From NCBI GenBank assembly GCA_050251055.1, contig JBFWNL010000001.1, forward strand, positions 697,210 through 761,209: a DNA stretch of 64,000 nt, read 5' to 3'. The stretch comes from Bacteriovoracia bacterium. GTDB lineage: Bacteria > Bdellovibrionota > UBA1018 > JBFWNL01. The notes beneath the pieces were generated by a model that was not told the origin of the DNA, ran no database searches, and saw only the letters and a list, made by a program, of their open reading frames with translations. This document shows positions 18,003-26,397 of this stretch, one piece after another. Both the position numbers and the translations under genes were made by a program. Each line of letters opens with the position of its first letter. The stretch's first letter is position 1.

Positions 18003-19100
18003 TCAGCCCATCCGGAACTGATTCGCCACCTGGATCACGCGATCCTGGATCTCGGTCGTCATTTCCGGATAGATCGGCAACCCGAGCGCACGCTCGCAGA
18101 TCCTCTCGACGTTCGGAAGCGCGCCCGGACGATGCCCCAGGAAGCGATTGGCTTCTTGCAGGTGCAAAGGCACCGGGTAGAAAACCGTGGTCTGAATCTG
18201 ATGGGCTTCAAAATGCGCGCGCAAGGCCGCGCGATCGACCTTCGTCCGCGGGACGAAGAGATGGAAGCAGGATTTCGCACCCGGCGTGATGACCTGGTAG
18301 TCGAACAAGCGGGGATCGAGCTCAGCTTGGTAGCGCTTCGCCATGCGAGCGCGGTTCTCATTCATCTCGTCGAGATGGCGCAGCTTCACGCGCAGGATCG
18401 CCGCCTGCATTTCGTCGAGGCGGCTATTGATGCCGGTAATATCGATGTGATCGCGATCCACCATGCCGTACATGCGCATGCGCTTGAGGCGCGCGGCCAT
18501 TTCGGCATCGGGAGTGACGATCATTCCGCCGTCGCCGTAAGCCCCCAAATTCTTCGTGGGATAGAAGCTGAACACGCCGAACTCGCCGATGGAACCGGCC
18601 GGCTTGCCGCCCAGGCTCGCGCCGTGCGCCTGCGAGGCGTCCTCAATGACCGGCAGCTTGCCGACGAGCTTGCGCAGGGCCAAGACGTCCACGAAGTTGC
18701 CAAAGATATGCACGGGCATGATCGCCTTCGTACGCGGGGTGATCGCGGCCGGAATTTTGGTGATGTCGATGAGATAAGTATTCGGATCCACGTCCACGAA
18801 AACAGGCTTCGCACCGGCATCGATGATGGCCGACACGGTCGGGATCGCGGTGTAAGCCGTGGTGATCACTTCGTCGCCCGCGCCGATGCCCAAGGCCATC
18901 AGACAGAGCGTGAGGGCATCCGTCGCGTTCGCGACCCCTACCCCGTGCCCGGCGTGCACGTAATCGGCGAATTCGCGCTCGAAGGCCGAGACTTCGGGGC
19001 CCAGGATGTAGTTCCCGGAGCACAGCACGCGATCGACGGCGGCATGAATTTCTTTATCGTAACGTTGGTACTGGGGAATCAGGTCGCAGCGTAGAATCAT
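18003..19100 (-). CDS. DegT/DnrJ/EryC1-family PLP sugar aminotransferase (FdtB/QdtB-like candidate)
   Basis: LIPQYQRYDKEIHAAVDRVLCSGNYILGPEVSAFEREFADY..GVANATDALTLCL. The Schiff-base lysine is present in FSFYPTKNLGAYGDGG. Confidence 0.88.
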   Translation of the reverse strand: MILRCDLIPQYQRYDKEIHAAVDRVLCSGNYILGPEVSAFEREFADYVHAGHGVGVANATDALTLCLMALGIGAGDEVITTAYTAIPTVSAIIDAGAKPVFVDVDPNTYLIDITKIPAAITPRTKAIMPVHIFGNFVDVLALRKLVGKLPVIEDASQAHGASLGGKPAGSIGEFGVFSFYPTKNLGAYGDGGMIVTPDAEMAARLKRMRMYGMVDRDHIDITGINSRLDEMQAAILRVKLRHLDEMNENRARMAKRYQAELDPRLFDYQVITPGAKSCFHLFVPRTKVDRAALRAHFEAHQIQTTVFYPVPLHLQEANRFLGHRPGALPNVERICERALGLPIYPEMTTEIQDRVIQVANQFRMG

Positions 19101-19122
19101 AAAGTTTTCTTTCCCAAGGGTG

Positions 19123-20241
19123 TTACCCCGACGACTTCGGAGAAACCAGATTTTTGCGGATAGCGCGCCACGTCTTGAGCACGGGGGCCGGCACGATCCG
19201 TTTCACCAACCGCGAAGAGACGGGCCAGGCGTGGGAAGCCAGCGTCTCTAGCCACGCCCGCTTCCACGTCCGCCCAATACTTTGACTTAATGAGTCAGGC
19301 AATCCCGCCGCGCGGGCCACCCGATCTAGGCGTAACGCTCGTAGCGCCAGGGGAAGCTTGGCCTCGAAGAAAGCCGGATCCCGCAAACTCACGTCGGCGA
19401 CCGAGCCCAAGGCGATCTTCATTAAGGAATGCATAATATCGGACGCGAGGGGTTGCACGCGCGGATGCCGAAGCGCCGGTACAGCTTTCCGCACCAGGTT
19501 CGTGCCCGCTTGGCGGCGAAGCTCCACATGCTGGTTGGCGAAGGAAAAAGACGTCGCGTGATCGCGGAACCAGGCCTGAGGTTTTTCGAAGTAAACGACC
19601 TCATCGACCGCGGTCGCGGCTTTCAAGAACAGCATGTACTCGCCGAAGAGCCCGCGACCCGCCGGGTGCTCGCTCACGTCTACGTAGCCGCCCAACTCGC
19701 GCAGCAGGTCGATCTCGTAAACCCCCATCGAACCGATCGCGGGAACACGATACGCCAGGGCGTCCGCCGCGAACCGCGCCGCGGGAATCCGGCGATATTC
19801 GCCGACTCCTTTCGTCGCGAGCGCTGGCGCGGGCCCGCCATGCCAAGCCTGGAAATTTCCGTATACGACCCGCGCGCCTTCGGAGATCGCACGGTGGGCG
19901 TTGGCCAAGAAAAAAGGCGCATAGAGATCGTCGTCGGCCAGCCAGGTGAAATACTTCCCCTGCGCGAGCTCGAGCAGGCGATTCATATTCCCCCACTCGC
20001 CCAAGTTCTTCGGATGATTAATGATCCGAAAACGGTCGTCGCCCACCAGATCCAGGGCTTCAGGGGTCAGCGTGCGCGTGACGAGGTCGTTGCCAATGAG
20101 GACTTCGAAGTCCGTGAAGTTCTGGGCGCGGATCGACGCGATGGTTTCTTTCAAGAGCGCGAGGCGGTCGTAAGTGGTGACGCCGACCGAAAAGAAGGGG
20201 CTCAAAGCTTGTAGTTCCACCGGGAGGCGATCTCGCCGCAA
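19123..20241 (-). CDS. glycosyltransferase family 2 with extended C-terminal region
   Basis: FSVGVTTYDRLALLKETIASIRAQNFTDFEVLIGND...FTWLADDDLY (DxD). The start is uncertain because the annotated ORF overlaps the upstream gene by 40 nt. Confidence 0.75.
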   Translation of the reverse strand: MRRDRLPVELQALSPFFSVGVTTYDRLALLKETIASIRAQNFTDFEVLIGNDLVTRTLTPEALDLVGDDRFRIINHPKNLGEWGNMNRLLELAQGKYFTWLADDDLYAPFFLANAHRAISEGARVVYGNFQAWHGGPAPALATKGVGEYRRIPAARFAADALAYRVPAIGSMGVYEIDLLRELGGYVDVSEHPAGRGLFGEYMLFLKAATAVDEVVYFEKPQAWFRDHATSFSFANQHVELRRQAGTNLVRKAVPALRHPRVQPLASDIMHSLMKIALGSVADVSLRDPAFFEAKLPLALRALRLDRVARAAGLPDSLSQSIGRTWKRAWLETLASHAWPVSSRLVKRIVPAPVLKTWRAIRKNLVSPKSSG

Positions 20242-21065
20242 ACTTCGCGGAAGACCTTCTGGTGCAAGGGACCGAAGTGGTTCTGGTAATCCCCGACCAC
20301 GCCCTTGCGAAACGCCACGTTGCCCTTTTCTTCGCTGCCTTTGCGCCGGCCCGTGAGGCTTTCAAACGAAAAAACTTCAATCGCTTCGTCGATCAAGGCG
20401 TCGGACGCCTCGAAGTCGAGGTATTTCAAAATAGATTTCAACGCGGCCTTCGGATCCGAATGCAATGACTCGTAAGTCACTTTGTACGTGATGGAGATCT
20501 GTTCCCAAGCCTCATAGAACCCGCGCCAGCGCTTCGCCGTCACGTAGGCGTACGCGAGCTTGGAGCGTAAGAGCGACATCTTCAACGCCCGCAGGGGGTT
20601 CAAGCGCTCGCGTAGGCTGGGTCCCGCCACCGCGCCCGGGGCGTCGCGGCCGATCAGCATCGTTTGCGCGCCGGTTTCCACGTCGGTGCCCGTTTCGTTG
20701 CGCACGATCGCGCGCGCCTGGCCCGACACGGCCACGTCGCGCGGATCGCGCGCGAGCAAGATCACCTTATCGGTCAGGCTGAAGTACGGATCGGGAAGCT
20801 CGTGGGTCTTGATCACCATCGAGTACTTCGTCTTCTCGCGTCCGGGCAGGTTGCCCTGCGTGAGCGCGAGCGCCTTCGCGTTGCTGGAAAAAATAATCCC
20901 GCGCAGGAAAGTATAAGGCTCGATGTAACGCGCGTTTAGGATGTAGCAAAGCATGTAGCTGAGCCATCCCTGTCCGGAGCGGCCAAAGTCGGCGATGAGG
21001 ATCACGCGGTCGGAACCGTTGAGGAAGGGATGCTTGACGTTGCCGGGCTTGTTCTCTCGAGTCAT
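20202..21065 (-). CDS. PAPS-dependent sulfotransferase
   Basis: 5'-phosphosulfate-binding-loop-like ADFGRSGQGWL (compare PKSGTTW), IKTHELP, and 3'-phosphate-binding-like LLARDPRDVAVS (compare RNPKDVxVS). 287 aa. Confidence 0.8.
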   Translation of the reverse strand: MTRENKPGNVKHPFLNGSDRVILIADFGRSGQGWLSYMLCYILNARYIEPYTFLRGIIFSSNAKALALTQGNLPGREKTKYSMVIKTHELPDPYFSLTDKVILLARDPRDVAVSGQARAIVRNETGTDVETGAQTMLIGRDAPGAVAGPSLRERLNPLRALKMSLLRSKLAYAYVTAKRWRGFYEAWEQISITYKVTYESLHSDPKAALKSILKYLDFEASDALIDEAIEVFSFESLTGRRKGSEEKGNVAFRKGVVGDYQNHFGPLHQKVFREVCGEIASRWNYKL

Positions 21066-21168
21066 AAAGTCTAATAAAAAATGGGTAAAATCAGGGGTTT
21101 ATGGCGCATCTTAGTGGGTTTTACCCAGTAAAAACAACACAAAAAAACTGGACTGGGCCAGAATCCGC

Positions 21169-21813
21169 ATGCTACCTCCTAAGCAATCCATGAAACCCGC
21201 GATGATGTCCCCTCTCAAGCTAAACCTCGGTTGCGCATCGCGCCCCCTACCGGGTTACATCAATATCGATCTCGACGACGTCGCGACGATGAAGCGCCGC
21301 TACCCCAACATCCAGATCCCCGATCTGCCCATTTACCAATACGACATCTTCAAGCTGCCTTACGCCGATGGTACCGTCGACGAGGCCCGCGCCGACGCGT
21401 TCATCGAGCATCTCTCCTTTCTGGAAGAATCCAAGTTCTTCTACGAAATGAAGCGCATCCTCAAGCCCGGCGGCAAACTCTGCTTCTGCGTGCCGGACTT
21501 CGAGAAGGCGGTCGAGCAATGGCTGAAAGCCAAAGACGACTGGAAGGACTTTTACCGGTGCGACGACGAGGCCATCGCCCAGGCGCATTGGTTCGGAAAC
21601 TATTCCTACACCACGGAAAACCGCTGGGGATACCTCACCGCTTCCATCTTTGGGCCGCAGAATTCCCCCGGTCAGTTCCATAAGAACGCGTACACCGCGC
21701 GGAAAATCCGGGCGATCATGAAGAAGCTCGAGTTTAAGGAACCCAGCATCACGCCATCGCGCTGGAAGGGCGATCGCGACCACATGCTCGACGTGGTGGC
21801 GGAAAAAGCCTAA
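21169..21813 (+). CDS. class I SAM-dependent methyltransferase
   Basis: LKLNLGCASRPLPGYINID...ADAFIEHLSFLEESKFFYEMKRILKPGGKLCFCVPD (Methyltransf_11-like). It is the only plus-strand gene inside the long minus-strand run. An alternative start is ATG 21190. Confidence 0.75.
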   Translation: MLPPKQSMKPAMMSPLKLNLGCASRPLPGYINIDLDDVATMKRRYPNIQIPDLPIYQYDIFKLPYADGTVDEARADAFIEHLSFLEESKFFYEMKRILKPGGKLCFCVPDFEKAVEQWLKAKDDWKDFYRCDDEAIAQAHWFGNYSYTTENRWGYLTASIFGPQNSPGQFHKNAYTARKIRAIMKKLEFKEPSITPSRWKGDRDHMLDVVAEKA

Positions 21814-21830
21814 GGCCGCCGCCGTATCAG

Positions 21831-22766
21831 TTAAGCGCGCAGTCCCCGCAACAAATCAACCGTATCGGAAATTCCGCGATGGATATCACCTTGGGCGCGG
21901 AAGCCCTTCGCTTGGAAGCGCGCGCACGAAACTTCGTACGAGAGCTGGTTCATGATCTGGGTCTCGACGAAGTTGATCGTCAGGTCCGGTACGAACCCGC
22001 GGATCACATCGGTGATCTGCCGCACGGTGTAGTTGCCCGTCAGAACGTTATAGATGCGGCGATCGAAGATCCGCTCGCGCAGGATGAGTTCGATCGCGTT
22101 CACGGCGTCGCCCACGTCCAGGTAAGGCCGCTTCTGGTCATACGCGGTTTTCCAAACCGTAAGTGGCTTACCCGTCACGGCCTGCCAGCAGAACTTATTG
22201 ACCGCAGTGTGGAAGCGAATACCCGGCGAGATCCCGAAAATCGTACCGAAGCGGCAGACGATGAAAGGCAGCTCGGCTTTCTTTCCCAGCTCCGCGAGTA
22301 GGCGCTCTTCTTTAAGCTTCGTCTCCGCGTAAGGGCTTTGGGGATTCAGGTCGGACTCGGGACAGTCTTCATCGACCAACTCCGCCGCCGAACCGTAAAC
22401 ACTGGTCGACGAAAGGTAGAGCAACGGCACGCGCTGGCGCACGCACTCGTCGGCCACGCGCTGGGTGCCATAAAAGTTATTGCGCTCGACCTCGGCCTGG
22501 TTTTCGAAGCTGCCCGCGGCATTCGTGATCGCCGCGAGATGCAGGACAAAGTCAGCGCCCTTCACGAGCGGGCCAAGATCGATCTTCGTGACGTCGCCTT
22601 CGGTAAACCGATAGCGGACGCCTTCCGGTAGGTTGAAAAGCGAGCAGTAGCGCTGCGCCGACATATCATCGATGAGCGTAAGCTCCATCCCGGGAAACCG
22701 GGCCGGTAGCTCGCGAATCACGCGGGAGCCAATGTGCCCCAAGGCTCCGGTAACCAGGATTTTCAC
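21831..22766 (-). CDS. NAD-dependent epimerase/dehydratase-family (extended SDR) sugar ketoreductase/epimerase
   Basis: MKILVTGALGHIGSRV (GxxGxxG)...YLSSTSVYG...SPYAETKLKEE (YxxxK). Confidence 0.8.
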   Translation of the reverse strand: MKILVTGALGHIGSRVIRELPARFPGMELTLIDDMSAQRYCSLFNLPEGVRYRFTEGDVTKIDLGPLVKGADFVLHLAAITNAAGSFENQAEVERNNFYGTQRVADECVRQRVPLLYLSSTSVYGSAAELVDEDCPESDLNPQSPYAETKLKEERLLAELGKKAELPFIVCRFGTIFGISPGIRFHTAVNKFCWQAVTGKPLTVWKTAYDQKRPYLDVGDAVNAIELILRERIFDRRIYNVLTGNYTVRQITDVIRGFVPDLTINFVETQIMNQLSYEVSCARFQAKGFRAQGDIHRGISDTVDLLRGLRA

Positions 22767-23203
22767 GAGCGCGCTCCCTTCGCCTGCCCGCGGCGCCAGG
22801 CCAAGAACCCGTCGTAGTCCCGCAGGTAGTCAGACTCGTCATAATACTTGTCCGTGAGGACCATCAGCATCGTCCCTTCGTCCAGATAGGTTTGCTCCCC
22901 CCACACGGACGGCGGCAGATAGGCGCCCTGATCGGGCGAATCAAGGCGCAACGTACGCTTCTCTTTTCCGTCGTCGAAAACCAGGTCGCAGCGGCCACGA
23001 ATGCAAATCAGAAACTGCTGGCATTCTTTGTGGGCGTGCTTGCCGCGCAGGGCGCCGCCCGGAGTACCGTAGACGTAGAAAATGCGCTTAATGTCGAACG
23101 GGACGTTCCGCAGCTCCTCAAGCGCCACCAGGTAGCCGTTGGCTTCGGTGCCTATGCGCTTGAAGCGCTCGTGCTTGACGTCTTTTACCGTTTTCAGACC
23201 CAC
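22763..23203 (-). CDS. WxcM/FdtA-like dTDP-4-keto-6-deoxyhexose 3,4-ketoisomerase (cupin)
   Basis: GYLVALEELRNVPFDIKRIFYVYG...LRGKHAHKECQQFLICIRGRCDLVFDDG...LDSPDQGAYLPPSVW...MVLTDKYYDESDYLRDYDGF matches the FdtA/QdtA pattern, including the HAH pair. 146 aa. Confidence 0.82.
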   Translation of the reverse strand: MGLKTVKDVKHERFKRIGTEANGYLVALEELRNVPFDIKRIFYVYGTPGGALRGKHAHKECQQFLICIRGRCDLVFDDGKEKRTLRLDSPDQGAYLPPSVWGEQTYLDEGTMLMVLTDKYYDESDYLRDYDGFLAWRRGQAKGARS

Positions 23204-23224
23204 GCCACCGTCCCTCTTTGGCCC

Positions 23225-24463
23225 CTAGGCCGTGATGACCTGTACCTTCGGGACATACACGATCCACTTGCCGCCACTTTCCCGAAAGTCCTGCTCCTTG
23301 GCCGTAATCTCCTTGAAGTGGTTCCAGCCAAAGAGCAGCCCGTAGTCGGGATACTGCTCGCGGAACTTCTCGGAAGCCAGGATCGGGATGTGCTTGCCCG
23401 GGCTGAACTTACCCTGCTTGATAGGGGTCGAATCGCCGATGAACTCGATTAGGTCGGGAGTCAAATTGCAGTAGTTGATCACGGTCGTGCTCTTGGAAGT
23501 CGCCGCGTAACCGACGACGCGTTTGCCCTGCTGCTTGAGATCAACCAGGAGCTGGCGGAGCTCGCGCTTCGACGTCTCGCAGTTCTCACGGAAGCGTTCG
23601 TAGGTCTCCGCCTTATCGAGGCCGAGCTTCTTCTCAAACTCGACCTGCTCGCGCACGCGCTCGGAAACCGCTTGCACGCCCTTGCGCTTGATCACGTAGC
23701 GCATCGAACCCCCATGGGTCGTCTGCGGCTCGACGTCCACGATCTCCATGCCGTACTGGCCGAACATGTGGCCGACGGAGGCGACGGAATACAGGAACAC
23801 GTGCTCGTCGTAAATCTGGTCATAGGAAGTCTTCTGGATGACGTCGCCCAGGTACGGGTCTTCGAACATCACGGTGCCGTCCGGCCTCAACAACACGTCA
23901 ATACCTTCAAGCACCGAATGAATATAGCCGATGTGGCACATCACGTTCGCCGCCAGGAAGGCGTCCGCTTGCCCATTTTGGCTCACGATCCAGCGCGCGG
24001 TCTCGGCGTCGAAGAAGCGGGAGACGGTGTTTATGCCGCGGCCGATGGCGACGTCGGCGACGTTCTTCGAGGGCTCGATGCCCAGGTGGCGGATCTTCTT
24101 CTCGGCGAAGTTCTTGAGCATCACGCCGTCGTTGCTGCCGATCTCGACCACGAAAGGATCCTTCGCCTCGAGGTAATCCTTCATTACGTGGTCGGCGAAC
24201 TCCTTGAAGTGGATCGCCATGTGCTGGGACGTTCCCGAAAAGAACGCATAGTTCTCGTTAAACATGCGTTCGCGGTCCGGTTGCTCCATCAGCTGCACCA
24301 TCTTGCAGTGTGAACAGAAACCCACCTGCATCTCGAAGAAGTACTCGCGAGAGAAATCTTCGGGCTTTAGGAACCCATTAGCGATCGGCTGCTGCCCATA
24401 AGAGATGAACGGACTCACCGGGGCTTTACAGACTAAACATGGTTTTTCTTGCTTCGGATTCAA
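23225..24463 (-). CDS. NDP-hexose C-methyltransferase (TylCIII/EvaC-type, Zn-ribbon + class I MTase + C-terminal domain)
   Basis: N-terminal Cys4 ribbon (CLVCKAPV...CSHCKMVQL), ERMFNENYAFFSGTSQ, and SAM motif VVEIGSNDG. The C-terminal domain has a typical length (412 aa). Confidence 0.8.
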   Translation of the reverse strand: MNPKQEKPCLVCKAPVSPFISYGQQPIANGFLKPEDFSREYFFEMQVGFCSHCKMVQLMEQPDRERMFNENYAFFSGTSQHMAIHFKEFADHVMKDYLEAKDPFVVEIGSNDGVMLKNFAEKKIRHLGIEPSKNVADVAIGRGINTVSRFFDAETARWIVSQNGQADAFLAANVMCHIGYIHSVLEGIDVLLRPDGTVMFEDPYLGDVIQKTSYDQIYDEHVFLYSVASVGHMFGQYGMEIVDVEPQTTHGGSMRYVIKRKGVQAVSERVREQVEFEKKLGLDKAETYERFRENCETSKRELRQLLVDLKQQGKRVVGYAATSKSTTVINYCNLTPDLIEFIGDSTPIKQGKFSPGKHIPILASEKFREQYPDYGLLFGWNHFKEITAKEQDFRESGGKWIVYVPKVQVITA

Positions 24464-24498
24464 TTTCCGTCTCCTTCAAATAAAAACTAAGCGCGACG

Positions 24499-26397
24499 TC
24501 AACTGCAGCTCCGGCTGCTGACCTTCGCTAAAATGCCTTCCAAAATTTCCAACGCCTCACGGAACCCTTGTCCGCGGTTCAGGTGCCCTTGCCAAATTTC
24601 CGGGATAAAACCGGTATCTAGGCGATTCATGATCGCGAACAACGACGCGAAGTCGAGATCGCCTTGGCCGATCTGCACACCCTCGCCGGTCGAACCTTTC
24701 GAATCGGAAACATGCAGATAGGCGATGTGATCCAAGATGCGTTTCGTGAAGTCTTGCATGGAAATGCCGGCGTGGTGGCAGTAAAGGCCGGCGTGGGAGG
24801 TGTCGAAGCAAATCCCCCAACCCATGTCCTTCGCGAACTGGGCGATCTCGCCCGCGTCCATGAACACGGTGTTGTACCACTGACCGCCGAAGTACCAAGG
24901 CAGGGGGGGCATGTTCTCGACCAGGAGTTGCGTGCCCTCCGAAGGCATGGCTTCTAGGTTCTTCTTCAGAAGCTTATACTGATCGGTCTTATTGGATTCG
25001 GTCGGTTGGGCAAAATGCCCGCCCGGATGCACGACCACGCGCGGACCGCGGGGATCTTTCATGCCCTTGAACTTGGGCGCGAGTTCACGCGCCAAATTCA
25101 ACGTCCGCTTGAGCATTTCGCGGCTGAGCTCGGTGATCGCGGCGTCGCTCGAGGTGAAGTCAATGAGCTGGTCCTTATAATACTCGGGCGCGTGCACGAC
25201 TAAGTCTTGTTCGAACGTTCCCGCCGGTAGCCTATAGTCTTCGAGGTCCCGCCAAGTCAGATGGATCTCCACCAAACCCGGCTTGACGTCCAAGAACTCC
25301 TGGAAGTCGTTCAGGCGCCCCACGATCCCCCACTTCTTGGGAATAGAATAGGTACGCGGCTTCGCGGCCGGTCCGTCGACGACATCCTGCCGGAAAATAT
25401 AATCGTCCGCCGATAGGGCGCGATTCAGGGTCTTACCCAGGAAGTAATCAAGATCCATGGGCGAAACGCCCTTGGCCGGCGTCTTCGATGACAGATCGCC
25501 CGCCGTCAGCCGGTGGCCGACGGGCAGGTCCTTCGCCGCGACGAGCGACTTCGCCAAGCTGATGCGGTTATTCTTCTCGCCCTGGTTGTAAACCTTCTCG
25601 GCTTTGCCCAGGGACTCTTCGGCGACACGGACAGCATCGACCATTTCCTTGAACTCGGTAAAATTGAGCGACGAACGATGATCGGGACCGGACTGGTTGC
25701 GGTCACGCGTGATGTGGCGCTCGATGATGTCGGCGCCCAGGCCCAGCGCGGCCACGGTGGGAACAAAGCCCTGCTCATGGCCGGAATAGCCCACCCGCAC
25801 GCCCGTGATCTGGCGAAGCACCGGGATGTAGCGCAGGTTCAGATCGCTGAAGGAAGCGGGATAAGTGCTGTTACAATGCAGGAGCGCGAAATCCGCGCCG
25901 CGCGACTTGAGATATCCGACGACCTGCTTGATCTCGGCTTCCTCGCTCATCCCGGTCGAGAGGATGATCGGGCGGTTGAACTCCGTGATCTTCTCGAGCA
26001 GCGGCCGGTTCGTGAAGTCGGGCGAACCCACCTTGAAGATCCCCATGCCGATGCCGTTCAGGAACTCGGCCGATTTGACGTCGAACGGCGTCGCAAAGAA
26101 ATCGATGTCAAAACCTTTCGCGTACGCGAAGAGCTCCTTCATTTGATCGTAGCTAAGATGCGCCTTACGCAGCTCCGCCAGCAGGTACTGCGTCCCCTGC
26201 TCCGCTTTGCGCGAATCGGCCAACACCTGCTTGGTATAGAGCGTGTCGAGATCCCGCAACTGGGTCTTCACGGCGTCGGCGCCAGCTTCCGCCGCACCCT
26301 TAATCAGCGCCTTGGCTTCATCCATGCTGCCGTTATGGTTAATTCCAACCTCGGCGATGATGTAGACGCCGCGCTTGGATTTATACCGGGTGCTCAT
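24499..26397 (-). CDS. NeuB-type ulosonic-acid (sialic-acid-like) synthase fused to SAF domain and a xylose-isomerase-like TIM-barrel (AP_endonuc_2-like) domain
   Basis: aa ~10-290: VYIIAEVGINHNGSMDEAKALIKGAAEAGADAVKTQ...ILSTGMS...LLHCNSTYP...GYSGHE (NeuB). aa ~295-355: SAF-like (LVAAKDLPVGHRLTAGDL). aa ~365-632: LVEIHLTW...VVHAPEY...VVHPGGH...LLVENMP...CFDTSHA...LHVSDSKG, typical of sugar-phosphate isomerase/epimerase TIM barrels. Confidence 0.8.
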   Translation of the reverse strand: MSTRYKSKRGVYIIAEVGINHNGSMDEAKALIKGAAEAGADAVKTQLRDLDTLYTKQVLADSRKAEQGTQYLLAELRKAHLSYDQMKELFAYAKGFDIDFFATPFDVKSAEFLNGIGMGIFKVGSPDFTNRPLLEKITEFNRPIILSTGMSEEAEIKQVVGYLKSRGADFALLHCNSTYPASFSDLNLRYIPVLRQITGVRVGYSGHEQGFVPTVAALGLGADIIERHITRDRNQSGPDHRSSLNFTEFKEMVDAVRVAEESLGKAEKVYNQGEKNNRISLAKSLVAAKDLPVGHRLTAGDLSSKTPAKGVSPMDLDYFLGKTLNRALSADDYIFRQDVVDGPAAKPRTYSIPKKWGIVGRLNDFQEFLDVKPGLVEIHLTWRDLEDYRLPAGTFEQDLVVHAPEYYKDQLIDFTSSDAAITELSREMLKRTLNLARELAPKFKGMKDPRGPRVVVHPGGHFAQPTESNKTDQYKLLKKNLEAMPSEGTQLLVENMPPLPWYFGGQWYNTVFMDAGEIAQFAKDMGWGICFDTSHAGLYCHHAGISMQDFTKRILDHIAYLHVSDSKGSTGEGVQIGQGDLDFASLFAIMNRLDTGFIPEIWQGHLNRGQGFREALEILEGILAKVSSRSCS

